NCBI GenBank assembly: GCA_964478695.1
Contig: CAYZIP010000006.1
Coordinates: 1 to 49,537 of the forward strand
Direction of reading: 5' to 3'
DNA: 49,537 nt
DNA from: an uncultured Candidatus Saccharibacteria bacterium
GTDB lineage: Bacteria; Patescibacteriota; Saccharimonadia; JAGOAT01; CAYZIP01
Shown: positions 9,116-19,702 of the stretch, piece by piece
Layout: the number at the start of each line of letters is the position of its first letter
How positions within the stretch are numbered: position 1 is the first letter of the stretch
Notes under the pieces: model-generated
Told to the model about the DNA's origin: nothing
Database searches by the model: none
The model's input: the letters and a program-made list of their open reading frames with translations, nothing else
Program-made: the position numbers and the translations under genes

Positions 9116-10174
9116 CTATATTATGATAGCTGAAGCAGCCAGTATGTCTTGATAATAAAAGCAAGCAAATTGGCCTGGGGTAATGGCCCTGGTGGAGGTA
9201 CTTAAAATAACATTATCTCCATTGAGACTATACTCAATGGGCTTAGATTGATAGCGCAGCACCACATGGCTGGCATGATTAAAGAGATCTTGGTCAAATA
9301 TCATTAAATCTTTAATACTAAAATTATCTTTTTGCAATCTAGCTTTATGATTTTTATCTATAACATAGACTATATTATTATCAACATCTATACTATGGAC
9401 ATAATACGGCCCTTGCCCACCTCCTATACCCAAACCTGTTCTTTGGCCAATTGTATAATAGTATGCTCCATGATGTGAACCAACCACATTACCATCTTGA
9501 TCTATAATGTCTCCATTTTTTGGGGGCAAGTACTCTGCCAAAAATGTAGGTAAATTAATATTTCCTACAAAGCACAACCCTTGCGAATCTGCACGGTTAT
9601 AATTACTAAGCCCTACTTTTTTGGCTAATAAGCGCATATCTTGCTTGGATGTAATGGTGGCTAGAGGGAATATTACTTTACTTAAGACCTCTTGATTGAT
9701 ACGAGACAAAAAATAGCTTTGGTCTTTTTCTCTATTATAAGCCCGTGCTAATAAATATTTATTATTTAAATGTACTATCTTGGCCCAATGTCCAGTGGCA
9801 ATCATATCTGCTCCTTGGTCAAAACAATAATTAGAAAATAATTTAAATTTAATTTCTTGATTACAGATAATATCTGGGTTGGGAGTAAGCCCCAGAGCAT
9901 AATTCTCAATCATATAGCCCAAAACCTGCTTTTGATAATCTTGCTCCAGATCTAACACTTCTAATGGTATTCCTAAATCATAACTAACATTAGTAGCCGA
10001 ACGTAAGTCTTGTTCCCAAGGACAGTTATTCCCAGCCGAAGAAGTACTCCAGTTTTTCATAAATATAGCCTTAAGCTTAAATTGGCTTTCCTGAGATAAT
10101 AAATAAGCGCTATAAGCGCTATCCACTCCTCCACTTAAGCCAATGTATATTGTTGTATCTTGTTTTAAGTCCAT
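9116..10174 (-). CDS. mnmA: tRNA-specific 2-thiouridylase MnmA
   Basis: SGGVDS PP-loop, TPNPDIICN, ATGHW, KDQSYFL, DSQGLCF, TIGQR. Confidence 0.95.
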   Translation of the reverse strand: MDLKQDTTIYIGLSGGVDSAYSAYLLSQESQFKLKAIFMKNWSTSSAGNNCPWEQDLRSATNVSYDLGIPLEVLDLEQDYQKQVLGYMIENYALGLTPNPDIICNQEIKFKLFSNYCFDQGADMIATGHWAKIVHLNNKYLLARAYNREKDQSYFLSRINQEVLSKVIFPLATITSKQDMRLLAKKVGLSNYNRADSQGLCFVGNINLPTFLAEYLPPKNGDIIDQDGNVVGSHHGAYYYTIGQRTGLGIGGGQGPYYVHSIDVDNNIVYVIDKNHKARLQKDNFSIKDLMIFDQDLFNHASHVVLRYQSKPIEYSLNGDNVILSTSTRAITPGQFACFYYQDILAASAIII

Positions 10175-10193
10175 AAATAAGCCTTGATAGTCT

Positions 10194-10787
10194 TTAAGAC
10201 AACCTATCAGTTAAACGAATAGCAATAATTTTAAAGTATTCTGATAATGTGATCTGCCATCCGAACCTACCAAAAGGCCATTTATACTTAGACCAATGAT
10301 GGCTCTTGGCAGGATGATTAATAATCTCAATGTTATCTCCTAATACTTTATGGAATGTTATATAAGCCCGCCGCTGATGATAATCTGAAGTAACTAAAAT
10401 AATGGACTTAAAGTGAAAATTCTTAAATATATTTAAGCTATTTTGAGCATTTTCCAAAGTATTAATAGCAAAGCTATCTGTGATAATTGCTGCTTCTGGT
10501 ATGCCCATATCAATAGCTATTTTTTTCATACTAACAGCATTAGACTGACCTCCATCAATAGCTGCTCCCGAGAATATCAAGTAACGAGCCAAACCCTCAT
10601 TGTATAGTTTTACCCCTTCCTCTGTTCTACCTCTAGTGTCTCCACCTGATACTACCACAATAACATCACTCTTGCTCAAAGAATCATCTATCACTAAATA
10701 TTGGCCAGCAGCCACTGCCAATAAGTACAATATAATGCCAAAGATGATGGCTATTATAATTTTTTTTTGTAATAAAAACTTAATCAT
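10194..10787 (-). CDS. YdcF/DUF218 (ElyC/SanA-like) family protein
   Basis: N-terminal TM, DVIVVVSGG, IFSGA, NTLENA, LVTSDYHQRRA. Confidence 0.88.
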   Translation of the reverse strand: MIKFLLQKKIIIAIIFGIILYLLAVAAGQYLVIDDSLSKSDVIVVVSGGDTRGRTEEGVKLYNEGLARYLIFSGAAIDGGQSNAVSMKKIAIDMGIPEAAIITDSFAINTLENAQNSLNIFKNFHFKSIILVTSDYHQRRAYITFHKVLGDNIEIINHPAKSHHWSKYKWPFGRFGWQITLSEYFKIIAIRLTDRLS

Positions 10788-10795
10788 AAAAATCC

Positions 10796-11881
10796 TTAAA
10801 GTAAAGCCATTAAGTTCTGGCTTAAATAAGATACATCTGATTGTGTATTCTCATAACCAAATGTTACTCTTAATGTATTATTATACTTACTACGACTGTC
10901 TGGCAACAAATTAGCCTTGCAGGCTATATCTGCTCCAATCATAATATTTTTTTTTGACAGTTGGTAAATAATATAATCACTTTTGTTTTGTGATAGATTC
11001 AGAAAAGAGTAATTAGCCAATCTTGGTACTTTTTGACCAATGATCTTAATGCCTTCTTGGCCAAATAAACTATCCTCAAATTTATCTCTAAGTATAGCTA
11101 AGTGGTCTCCATGGGCATAATGAGTAGTCATTTCGGCCACTGCTTGCCTAAAAGAATAAATTAAGCTATAGCTTGGTGTCCCAGCAAAATTATTACTACT
11201 CTTGATAAGGCTATAATGAATTCCATTAGTAATAAGAGCTGCTATATCTAATCCATAAATCTTTTTGGCTGATAAAGTAATGTGGGAGGGACCAAAATTG
11301 CCAAGATTGTCTAGTCTATTATAGACTAGACTACTGATATCACAATGCCATAATACATTACTACCTTTTAAGATATTTTTTAACCGATTTGTATCATTTA
11401 ATATTCCGCTGCCAGACATATTGGCAGATACAATTACTGCTCCAATATTATCTAAGTTGTGCTCTAAAGTATCAAAATTAAGCTGTTCATTTTTAAGAGG
11501 TATTTCTATTAATACCACCTTCATGGATTTGGCCCAAAAAAATAAAGGTTCAATAATAGAAGGATGCTCTAGTGGACTATAGTAGATACTCTTATTACCA
11601 TCATGAAACACTCTGTTGACAATATCAAATATGGCTGTATTATTGCAGATGGTAGCAGAGGGGAAAAAATTAATATATTCTGCTCTAACAGATAATAAGC
11701 TAGCTAGCTGTTTTTTTTGATCATCAATCTTTGATGTTAGTGCTAGGCCTAAGCCATGAGCACTATTGGTATTAGTCCACCATTTTTCTTGGTTTAAAGC
11801 AAAAGAATTTAAAATACTAGCAGAGGGTGGAGTGGCGCTAGCATAGTCAAAATAATATAGTTTGTCAGTATCTGCAAACAT
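10796..11881 (-). CDS. Cysteine desulfurase-like class V aminotransferase (divergent IscS/NifS)
   Basis: YFDYASATP, LEHPS, SAKKIYG (PLP Lys), GTP, GADIAC (catalytic Cys loop), LRVTFG. Confidence 0.82.
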   Translation of the reverse strand: MFADTDKLYYFDYASATPPSASILNSFALNQEKWWTNTNSAHGLGLALTSKIDDQKKQLASLLSVRAEYINFFPSATICNNTAIFDIVNRVFHDGNKSIYYSPLEHPSIIEPLFFWAKSMKVVLIEIPLKNEQLNFDTLEHNLDNIGAVIVSANMSGSGILNDTNRLKNILKGSNVLWHCDISSLVYNRLDNLGNFGPSHITLSAKKIYGLDIAALITNGIHYSLIKSSNNFAGTPSYSLIYSFRQAVAEMTTHYAHGDHLAILRDKFEDSLFGQEGIKIIGQKVPRLANYSFLNLSQNKSDYIIYQLSKKNIMIGADIACKANLLPDSRSKYNNTLRVTFGYENTQSDVSYLSQNLMALL

Positions 11882-11886
11882 ATTAT

Positions 11887-12729
11887 TTAAATCTTTCTGT
11901 TTAAACTTAAAGGTCCATTAATATCTAGATTAAACAGACGACAAACATTATCAAAAGTATTAGTAGATATATCTTCAATTGTCACTTGCATCAATTCAGC
12001 CATATATCTTGCTATATATGTGACCAAATATGGATTATTTTTCTTTCCGCGAAATGGAGATGGGGTCAAATAAGGACTATCTGTTTCTAGCAATAATCTA
12101 TTAATTGGGATATTTTTAAATGCCATAAGCTGGTCTTGTTCTTTTGTAAAAGTAGCGATACCACCAACTCCTATCATGAGACCACTACTGGCAATTAAGG
12201 TATTCAGGACTGAGTAATCAGCACTGAAGCTATGAATAACTCCTCGAACTTGATGATATAGAATAATCTCTAAAAAATCATCCCAAGCATCACGACAATG
12301 CATAATGATAGGCAAATTCATTTCTTGGGCAATTTCTATTTGCCTAATAAAAGACTGCTTCTGAGCTTTAGCATCAAAGGGTTGATAGTGATAATCTAGT
12401 CCACATTCTCCAATAGCCACAATTGGAGCAGAATAAAAATTGTCTTTAATCAATAAAGATAATTCTTCTATATCTCCTGGGGCTGGAATATGGTGAGGGT
12501 GAATGCCTAAAGATATGAAAACCGGCAGAGATAGTGCTTGTTGTAAATGGCTAAAATAATTAATACATTCTATACTTTGATTTAAATCACAAGCAACATT
12601 GATAATTGCTGCCAAATCATCGTTTTGCATGGACTTAATATTATCCCAATCTTGCTGATCATAGTACTGTTTTAATAGATGAGCATGAGTGTCTATGAGG
12701 GATAGATTTTTTATGTTGGTAGCAGACAT
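11887..12729 (-). CDS. tatD: TatD-family nuclease
   Basis: IDTHAH, GIHPH, IGECGLDY, HCRDA, HSF, LETDSPYL. Confidence 0.93.
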   Translation of the reverse strand: MSATNIKNLSLIDTHAHLLKQYYDQQDWDNIKSMQNDDLAAIINVACDLNQSIECINYFSHLQQALSLPVFISLGIHPHHIPAPGDIEELSLLIKDNFYSAPIVAIGECGLDYHYQPFDAKAQKQSFIRQIEIAQEMNLPIIMHCRDAWDDFLEIILYHQVRGVIHSFSADYSVLNTLIASSGLMIGVGGIATFTKEQDQLMAFKNIPINRLLLETDSPYLTPSPFRGKKNNPYLVTYIARYMAELMQVTIEDISTNTFDNVCRLFNLDINGPLSLNRKI

Positions 12730-14972
12730 TAAAGCTTTCTTTTGATATTGCCACTGCTTTTAAAAGTAGTTTTGGAGGGAACTATAATCCCTTGTTCTTC
12801 TGGCATTACGCTCACTACGTCTATTGATTCGTCGTTACGGTTAGTGTTTCCCCAATTGTCGCTATTTGAAATAATAGCTTCATTAGAAATTATAGATGAC
12901 GAGTCATCGATGGCAGATCTATCATTCAAAACATTATCAATATGAAATTCTTTTTCAGATAATTCATCACTAACTTTGTTCATGGATAAATCCGTATTTA
13001 ATTCAGGACCCATATCTTGTTCCCAAGCGCTGATTGTATCAGTAGTCGTATTAGGCTCTGGAGGACGCAAAGCCTTAGTTTTTCGTTTGCTAATTGCAGT
13101 AATTTTAGAAGCAATATTTTTTCTAAAAGAGATAGCAAAAATGCCTATAAATAAAAGTCCCAGACCAGCTATTAGCCCAGAATAATCTAAGCTAGATTTA
13201 ACCTTGAGTAATTCTACATCTTTTTTGTCTTTAGTACGACCCAGTAGCATGGTGTCACTAGCCCAAGACTGTTTGCCAAATATAAATTTAGATATTTTTA
13301 CTTCTTGTAAAGGAGCTAAAGACCCTAAAGTAGTTTTTTTATTGCTCAGTTTTCCAAAGGAAACAAAAAAATTATCCGCTGACTCACTACTAGAAGCTAA
13401 AACTGTTACTTTCTGCCAAGAAATACCAGGGAATATTAATTTCTTGACATAGGATCCATTAGCCCTAGAATCACTAATACGTACTTTATCTGTTAAAGTA
13501 ATGGTGGTATTTTCATACTGATAATTTAAATCTATGTTTTTATCCATAATAGCCGTAGGGAGACTGTCATTTTTTCCCCATAAGGCGAATGTAAGGTGGT
13601 CTAAATCCGAGTGACCAAAATTATCAAATTTCTCAGCCCAAGTTGGATCCAAATTAACCCATCCCAGATTTGGCATATATACCTCAACCCAACTATGTAA
13701 AGAATCAGCTACAGAATTAGAAGATTTAAGATTATTGCTATAAGCATAGCCCACCGGCATTCTGGCCGGTAACCCTATGGCTCTTAATAGAGATATGGTC
13801 AAGTCTGAATATTCTAAACAAACCGCATTATTAGGATTAGCCAAGGCGGCTTTACCCCCTTGCCTAATATTATATTTAATTTTTTCTAAATTATAGCTTA
13901 GGTGAGAAACACTAAACTGCTGTATTAATTGCACTTGCTTAACAATAGATTTTTCATTGCCTATTATTTTTTTAGCTTGATTTTTAATATTAACATCATC
14001 ACTATTCCAGTATTTAGTAGGCTTGGTATACAAATCAAAGATTTTAGAGGGGATATCTTTAGTGGTGCCAACTTTAGAAAAGTCATATTCAATATAATTA
14101 ATTAAAGCCACTAATTTTGCCTCTACATTTAGACTAGTCCCTTTTTTAACTCTATATTCAGCTAGAATATTACCTTCTTCATCTAAGCGTGTAGAGATAG
14201 GCTGAGGGTTAAGTGAACTAATATATACTTTCTGGCTTGATGAATCTGGAGGTAAGGTAATAGTAAGTGTAGTGTCAAATAAGCCATCATTTTTCAAGGG
14301 ATAATTAATAGTAAATTGATATATGGTACTATCGCCAAAAACTACACCTATAGAATTATTGGCCAAATCAACTGAATTAAAATAATAGCTCTTACTGCTA
14401 TTTTTTTTATTGATATCACTAAGCTCTTCGGCCACAGGCTTAATCCCAAAAGCATGGGGGTTACCAAAACTATCTGGAACTGTTAGGCGGACTTTTTGTT
14501 GACCAGATTGACTATCCCCAGATACAGCAGGTATATATACTACCTTAGCTTGGCCACGAGACTCTATCAGATCCTCGGTCTGATATTTCAGCTCAAAATT
14601 CCAGCTCTGATCTAATCCCACTATGACTTTAGGAAACTCTAGATCTATAACAGCTATACTATAATCTATGCCTTTACTAGAGACATCTTTGCTAGATACA
14701 CTATGATTAATCTTCTCCCCATCATCATAATTGGCAGAAATATGATGTGGCCGAGGAACCGGAGTAGCTATTTTAATACCTTCTAGGTACTGTAGATTAG
14801 TTTTATTGGTCACCTTGATACGTTCTATGACGGTCATGGTGGGGCTATCACTAGCAACATATTCAACACTTCTTTCCATACTAAAGCCCTCTATGGCCAT
14901 GGCTTTATGAGCATTAATAATGCTAGTACTAATAAACACAAAAAAGATAGCAAGAATATATAAACGCTTCAT
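12729..14972 (-). CDS. Secreted, membrane-anchored transglutaminase-like protein
   Basis: Signal peptide; Cys-His-Asp triad motifs VCLEYS, HSWVE, LDPTW; C-terminal TM and acidic tail. The stop overlaps the tatD start (TAATG). Confidence 0.85.
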   Translation of the reverse strand: MKRLYILAIFFVFISTSIINAHKAMAIEGFSMERSVEYVASDSPTMTVIERIKVTNKTNLQYLEGIKIATPVPRPHHISANYDDGEKINHSVSSKDVSSKGIDYSIAVIDLEFPKVIVGLDQSWNFELKYQTEDLIESRGQAKVVYIPAVSGDSQSGQQKVRLTVPDSFGNPHAFGIKPVAEELSDINKKNSSKSYYFNSVDLANNSIGVVFGDSTIYQFTINYPLKNDGLFDTTLTITLPPDSSSQKVYISSLNPQPISTRLDEEGNILAEYRVKKGTSLNVEAKLVALINYIEYDFSKVGTTKDIPSKIFDLYTKPTKYWNSDDVNIKNQAKKIIGNEKSIVKQVQLIQQFSVSHLSYNLEKIKYNIRQGGKAALANPNNAVCLEYSDLTISLLRAIGLPARMPVGYAYSNNLKSSNSVADSLHSWVEVYMPNLGWVNLDPTWAEKFDNFGHSDLDHLTFALWGKNDSLPTAIMDKNIDLNYQYENTTITLTDKVRISDSRANGSYVKKLIFPGISWQKVTVLASSSESADNFFVSFGKLSNKKTTLGSLAPLQEVKISKFIFGKQSWASDTMLLGRTKDKKDVELLKVKSSLDYSGLIAGLGLLFIGIFAISFRKNIASKITAISKRKTKALRPPEPNTTTDTISAWEQDMGPELNTDLSMNKVSDELSEKEFHIDNVLNDRSAIDDSSSIISNEAIISNSDNWGNTNRNDESIDVVSVMPEEQGIIVPSKTTFKSSGNIKRKL

Positions 14973-14993
14973 ATAATATATTATATGTATAGA

Positions 14994-15797
14994 TTAGCGT
15001 TTTAGTCTAGCTGATAAAGCCAGCCATTGATCCAAGTTAACATCTTCTGGCCTAACATTATCATCGAGTCCTAGATCAAGGCATATAGCTGACCACGAAT
15101 TATCTCCTAAAATTGGTTTTAAATTATTACCAAGCTTTTTACGCGGAGCATTAAAGGCTATTTTAATTAAATTAAAAAGATCTTTTTGTTCATCATTACG
15201 AGGATATTTATGATGAGAAATAATCTCTACGATAGCTGAATCTACTTTAGGCTGGGGATAAAAGTAGCGCTTATGCACTAAGAACTTTAATTTAGCTGTT
15301 CCATAATAAGCTATTCCTAAAGATAATTTCGATGCTTTTGGACTTACTATACGCATGGCTACTTCTTTTTGTAACATCACAATTAGTCTGGCTGGAGGGT
15401 TGGGAGAGGATAATAAGGTTCTAATGATAGCCGTACTTATATTATATGGCAGATTACCCACAACAGTTTGTCCGGCATAAATCATACTATCTACATCTAG
15501 GATATCTTGATGTATTAAATTTACATTAGGATAGTTTTTGGATATAAACTCTGACCAAAAGTCATCTTTCTCAATCGCTGTTAACTGTTTGTTTTGTGAT
15601 AAATAATATGTTAAAGCACCTGACCCAGGACCAATCTCTACCACTCTAGACTCATCTTTAGCCAAAGAGACTATTCTCTGTACTATAGAGTTACTGCACA
15701 AAAAATTCTGAGATAATGATTTCTTTGGACTAACCCCTAAGATGGCACACAGCTGCTTGGCCTTATTAGGCTCTAGCAGCTCTAACGGCACTCCCAT
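14994..15797 (-). CDS. rsmA: 16S rRNA m6(2)A1518/1519 dimethyltransferase
   Basis: KKSLSQNFL, VEIGPGSG, GNLPYNI, MLQKEVA, PQPKVDS. Confidence 0.95.
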   Translation of the reverse strand: MGVPLELLEPNKAKQLCAILGVSPKKSLSQNFLCSNSIVQRIVSLAKDESRVVEIGPGSGALTYYLSQNKQLTAIEKDDFWSEFISKNYPNVNLIHQDILDVDSMIYAGQTVVGNLPYNISTAIIRTLLSSPNPPARLIVMLQKEVAMRIVSPKASKLSLGIAYYGTAKLKFLVHKRYFYPQPKVDSAIVEIISHHKYPRNDEQKDLFNLIKIAFNAPRKKLGNNLKPILGDNSWSAICLDLGLDDNVRPEDVNLDQWLALSARLKR

Positions 15798-16996
15798 TGC
15801 CTTGCTTGTCCATTAGCAAATAAGCGAGCTGCTTTTTCGATTTGCTCAACACCATTCCATATATCTCCCCCACCATTACCTCGCCAAGTTGATGGTAGAA
15901 ATTGAAATAATCCTATTGCTCTGTTTTGAGCCATGGCTTGTGCCGCAGTCAATCCAGCGCTACGTCCATTATAATTACTAGCATCTCCTCCACTTTCGCA
16001 AGCCATAACGCGCATTAATTGTTCTACATTAGCTCCGTAGCGATTGGCGGCAGAAACTACATATGGTCTCCAGTATTCTACTGAACCAGAAAAATTACTT
16101 TTAGCTCCCCTAGATATTGTCGCTTTAACTGGACTTACCAAAATATTAGACGAAATCTCTTCTCTGGAAGATTCAACTCCGTCTTTACTGATCACTTTAT
16201 ATGTAATAAGTTTTTGTCCAAATTGACCTGGAACCAATACAGTTTCTTGTCCCACTGGTTTACTATAATCAAGCTGAATATCAGTCTCAAATGGTATATT
16301 AACTGTTTCTGTTTTAGTATTCTCTGAAATACGATAAATCGCAATTTCCATACCAGATTCTAACTTAGTAGCAAGAGGCTGGCTGATTTCATCACTAGGC
16401 CCCAAGGTGATATTTTTTTCTTTTAACAAATCGGCCACAGTATTCTGAAAAGATCTAATCAAAAAATTATTGCCATCAACTTTAAGTTTTAACATTAAGG
16501 AACGTTTTATAGTTATCTTTTGACCCACCATAACTTGATCCACAAAATCATTTACTAGCTCGCTACTTACTTTATCTTCTTCATATAAAGTAATACCAGC
16601 ACTAGCAACAACTTGTCTAGGGTCAATATAGCCAGATGTAGCCATGATGGTTTTGTCTCCATCCACAATCATAGATACAATTGCTCTACGTACATTGACA
16701 ACTACTTCTTTATTATTTTTTATAGAAGTACCTAGTCCTGGCTCAACAGTATCACCACTACCTAGCTCAATATTATTTTGTATTAGAACATCGCCAATCA
16801 CATCGGCATTAGTGGTAGTAATTTTGCTACTACCATCAACATTTATTTGAACTATTTTTTTACTTCCCACAAATCTGGGTTTGTTACTGATAAAAAAGGA
16901 TGGTAAAGAAATATATACTAAGAATAGTAATACTAATAAGCTCTTGATATTGACTAAATGAGAGTTCGTAGCAATGCTACGTAAATTAATTTGCAT
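15782..16996 (-). CDS. DUF348 (x3) + G5 + C-terminal lysozyme-like domain protein (RpfB/YabE-like)
   Basis: Repeated ubiquitin-like DUF348 blocks, G5 (VPGQFGQKLITY), C-terminal ACESGG...GLFQFLPSTW. The stop overlaps the rsmA start. Confidence 0.85.
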   Translation of the reverse strand: MQINLRSIATNSHLVNIKSLLVLLFLVYISLPSFFISNKPRFVGSKKIVQINVDGSSKITTTNADVIGDVLIQNNIELGSGDTVEPGLGTSIKNNKEVVVNVRRAIVSMIVDGDKTIMATSGYIDPRQVVASAGITLYEEDKVSSELVNDFVDQVMVGQKITIKRSLMLKLKVDGNNFLIRSFQNTVADLLKEKNITLGPSDEISQPLATKLESGMEIAIYRISENTKTETVNIPFETDIQLDYSKPVGQETVLVPGQFGQKLITYKVISKDGVESSREEISSNILVSPVKATISRGAKSNFSGSVEYWRPYVVSAANRYGANVEQLMRVMACESGGDASNYNGRSAGLTAAQAMAQNRAIGLFQFLPSTWRGNGGGDIWNGVEQIEKAARLFANGQARQWECR

Positions 16997-17087
16997 CAGA
17001 ATAGTTAATCCTTGTTCGGATATTGTTTATTATACCGCAATAGTCTTACTAAAACAAAACAGTTACCTGAGTAAAAATAAATAATTA

Positions 17088-18998
17088 TTACATGCTTTCT
17101 AGTAGATTCTGAGGTATATCGGACAAAAAACGAGAAATACTGCTAATAGTAATATTGCCATATAGCATTCTTTTCTGAGCAAAACTTAAAATTAAACGCT
17201 TGCGAGCCCTAGTCATTCCTACATATAACAGCCTTCTCTCTTCTTCAATTTGTTCTTGGTCTAGCAAAGAGTTATTATGTGGCAGAATACCCTCTTCAAG
17301 CCCAACAATAAAAACCATATCATACTCCAAGCCCTTAGCTGCATGCATAGTGAGCAAACTTAAAGCTCCCATATCTGGGTTGATCTTATCCAAATCGCTA
17401 GACAGACTTAAATCCAACAAAAAATCTGATAGTTTTTTATCCCCTGCATTAGCAGCAACAGAAATAAATTCTTCCATATTCTCTACCCTACCAGGACCAA
17501 ATTCTTTCTCTTGTTGATAATAATGAATGAGTCCAGAAGCATTTAATATATCCCTAATCAGTAACACTAAATTGCCTACTTCTTGGGCTCTTGGTAGAAA
17601 TCTCTCTATAAAATTAGCTAGTTCCACTACGGCCTTTTTGGCTCTAGGATTTAAATTACTACTATCTATGGCACTACTAGCTTCTAGTAGATCATAATCA
17701 TGGCTATTCATAAAATCTTTTAGAGCCTGCAAAGACTTATCTCCCAAACCCTTGGGAGGGGTTCCGGCAACCCTGATAATGCTTTGAAAGTCTCTGGGAT
17801 TAATAATAATTTTCAGATAAGCTATTAGGTCTTTGATCTCAGCTCTGTCATAGAACCTTAAACCTCCCACTATTTTATAAGCAATATTATTACTTAATAA
17901 GTACTCTTCTATAATACGTGACTGGGAATTTGTTCTATAAAGAATAGCAATATCAGATAATTTGTATCGATCAATGGTGGCATTATCAATCATTCTAATT
18001 ATCCTTTGTATCTCATCAATATCACTCACTGCATTGATTAGACCCACCCGTACTCCACTACCAGCATCTGTCCACAGTTTTTTATCAGATCTATTATCGC
18101 TTTTAGCCATAACTGCTTGAGCTGAATCTAAAATGTTTTGACTACTACGATAATTCTGTTCTAGTTTAACGGTTAAAGTATCTGGATAATCTTTTTCGAA
18201 ATTGAGAATATTACGAAAATTAGCCCCTCGCCAAGAATAGATACTTTGCCAATCATCACCGACAACGCATATATTTGGGATGGCTAGTTTCTTGATAAGA
18301 TCATACTGAACTTGATTAGTATCTTGATACTCATCTACAAAACAATACTTCCATAGATTTCTATATTTTTCTAAAATATCTTCATGTTGATCCAAGAGAG
18401 ATAAACTATAAAATAATAAATCATCAAAATCTAAGGCCATAGATTTCTTAAGTTCTTGTTGATAACGAACATACACTTGAGCTGCCATTTTCTGCATTGG
18501 TCCATATGACAACTGAGCATAAGCGCTAGGGCTCAGATATTCATTCTTAGCAGCTGAAATCAAGCTCTTAATTGCGCTGGGATTATATTCCTTATCACTA
18601 TAACCCATTTCTCTTAATATAGATTTAATAACAGAGACACTATCTCTCTCGTCGTATACGCTAAAGTCACTCTTTAGGCCCATGACAGAAGCTTCTCTGC
18701 GGAGTAGCTTTAAGCAAATAGCATGAAATGTCCCCAACCAAATCAATGGACTACTATGCTCGGACCAATTCAATAAATTAGCTAATCTATATTTCATCTC
18801 ATTAGCTGCTTTATTAGTAAAAGTAACGGCCAAAATTTGATATGGTAGAGTAAGTTTTTGGTCTATTAAATAGGCTATTTTATGAGTAATGGTTTTTGTT
18901 TTACCGCTACCTGCCCCAGCTAATATTAATACCGGGCCAGTAGTTTTTAAGACAGCCTCTTTTTGAGCAGCATTTAATCCTGATAGATAATCTTGCAA
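17088..18998 (-). CDS. pcrA: ATP-dependent DNA helicase PcrA/UvrD
   Basis: AGAGSGKT, TFTNKAA, VDEYQDTN, VGDDWQSIYSWRGA, QNYRS, TMHAAKGLEY, EERRLLYVGMTRA. TTG start with strong SD GGAGAGGTG. Confidence 0.95.
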   Translation of the reverse strand: MQDYLSGLNAAQKEAVLKTTGPVLILAGAGSGKTKTITHKIAYLIDQKLTLPYQILAVTFTNKAANEMKYRLANLLNWSEHSSPLIWLGTFHAICLKLLRREASVMGLKSDFSVYDERDSVSVIKSILREMGYSDKEYNPSAIKSLISAAKNEYLSPSAYAQLSYGPMQKMAAQVYVRYQQELKKSMALDFDDLLFYSLSLLDQHEDILEKYRNLWKYCFVDEYQDTNQVQYDLIKKLAIPNICVVGDDWQSIYSWRGANFRNILNFEKDYPDTLTVKLEQNYRSSQNILDSAQAVMAKSDNRSDKKLWTDAGSGVRVGLINAVSDIDEIQRIIRMIDNATIDRYKLSDIAILYRTNSQSRIIEEYLLSNNIAYKIVGGLRFYDRAEIKDLIAYLKIIINPRDFQSIIRVAGTPPKGLGDKSLQALKDFMNSHDYDLLEASSAIDSSNLNPRAKKAVVELANFIERFLPRAQEVGNLVLLIRDILNASGLIHYYQQEKEFGPGRVENMEEFISVAANAGDKKLSDFLLDLSLSSDLDKINPDMGALSLLTMHAAKGLEYDMVFIVGLEEGILPHNNSLLDQEQIEEERRLLYVGMTRARKRLILSFAQKRMLYGNITISSISRFLSDIPQNLLESM

Positions 18999-19022
18999 CA
19001 GAAATCACCTCTCCTTTTTATT

Positions 19023-19565
19023 TTATTTTACAGCCCTAGATGCTTCAGCTGCGATAGCGTTATTAATAACCCTGTAAGCCTCTTGCCTATCCCCCCAACC
19101 ATTAATTTGCACTGAGTCAGTCCCTTTACGTAAATCTTTATAATGCAAAAAAGTATATTCTAATTCTCTGATGAGATGAGCTGGTATATCAGAGAACTCT
19201 TGTAAGGCATCATAATACTTATCGCTATCAATAACAGCGATGATTTTATGATCATTCTCTCCATCATCAACCATATTCATCACCCCTAATACCCTGACCT
19301 CTGCCGTTATACCAACATGCAGGGGATATCGGCTCATAATCAGCACATCTAAATGATCTCCATCTTCAGAACGGGTTTGGGGGATAAAACCATAATCAAC
19401 TCCGATAGAATTACTAAGCATATTTTGCTCTACTCTATCTAAAAATATAGTGTCATATTCCTCATAATATTCATATTTATTGCCCATTTGCCCTTTTGGC
19501 ATTTCTACAACAGCATATACTTTGGCTGGAGCATCGCTGCCTACTGGTATATCTTTATAACTCAT
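19023..19565 (-). CDS. ppa: Inorganic pyrophosphatase (family I); start moved to the ATG at 19565 (SD GGAG)
   Basis: YGFIPQT, DGDHLDV (DxDxxD), DHKIIAV. Confidence 0.92.
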   Translation of the reverse strand: MSYKDIPVGSDAPAKVYAVVEMPKGQMGNKYEYYEEYDTIFLDRVEQNMLSNSIGVDYGFIPQTRSEDGDHLDVLIMSRYPLHVGITAEVRVLGVMNMVDDGENDHKIIAVIDSDKYYDALQEFSDIPAHLIRELEYTFLHYKDLRKGTDSVQINGWGDRQEAYRVINNAIAAEASRAVK

Positions 19566-19702
19566 AATCACTCCTTTATATTTTAAAGCTAACAATAAAT
19601 ATTATATAGTAACCTTGAGGCTACATTATCTTAAATTTAAGATAATACCCATTAGACATATTTTATATAAAATTTATTTTTAACTATAAGAAAGATAAAG
19701 AT

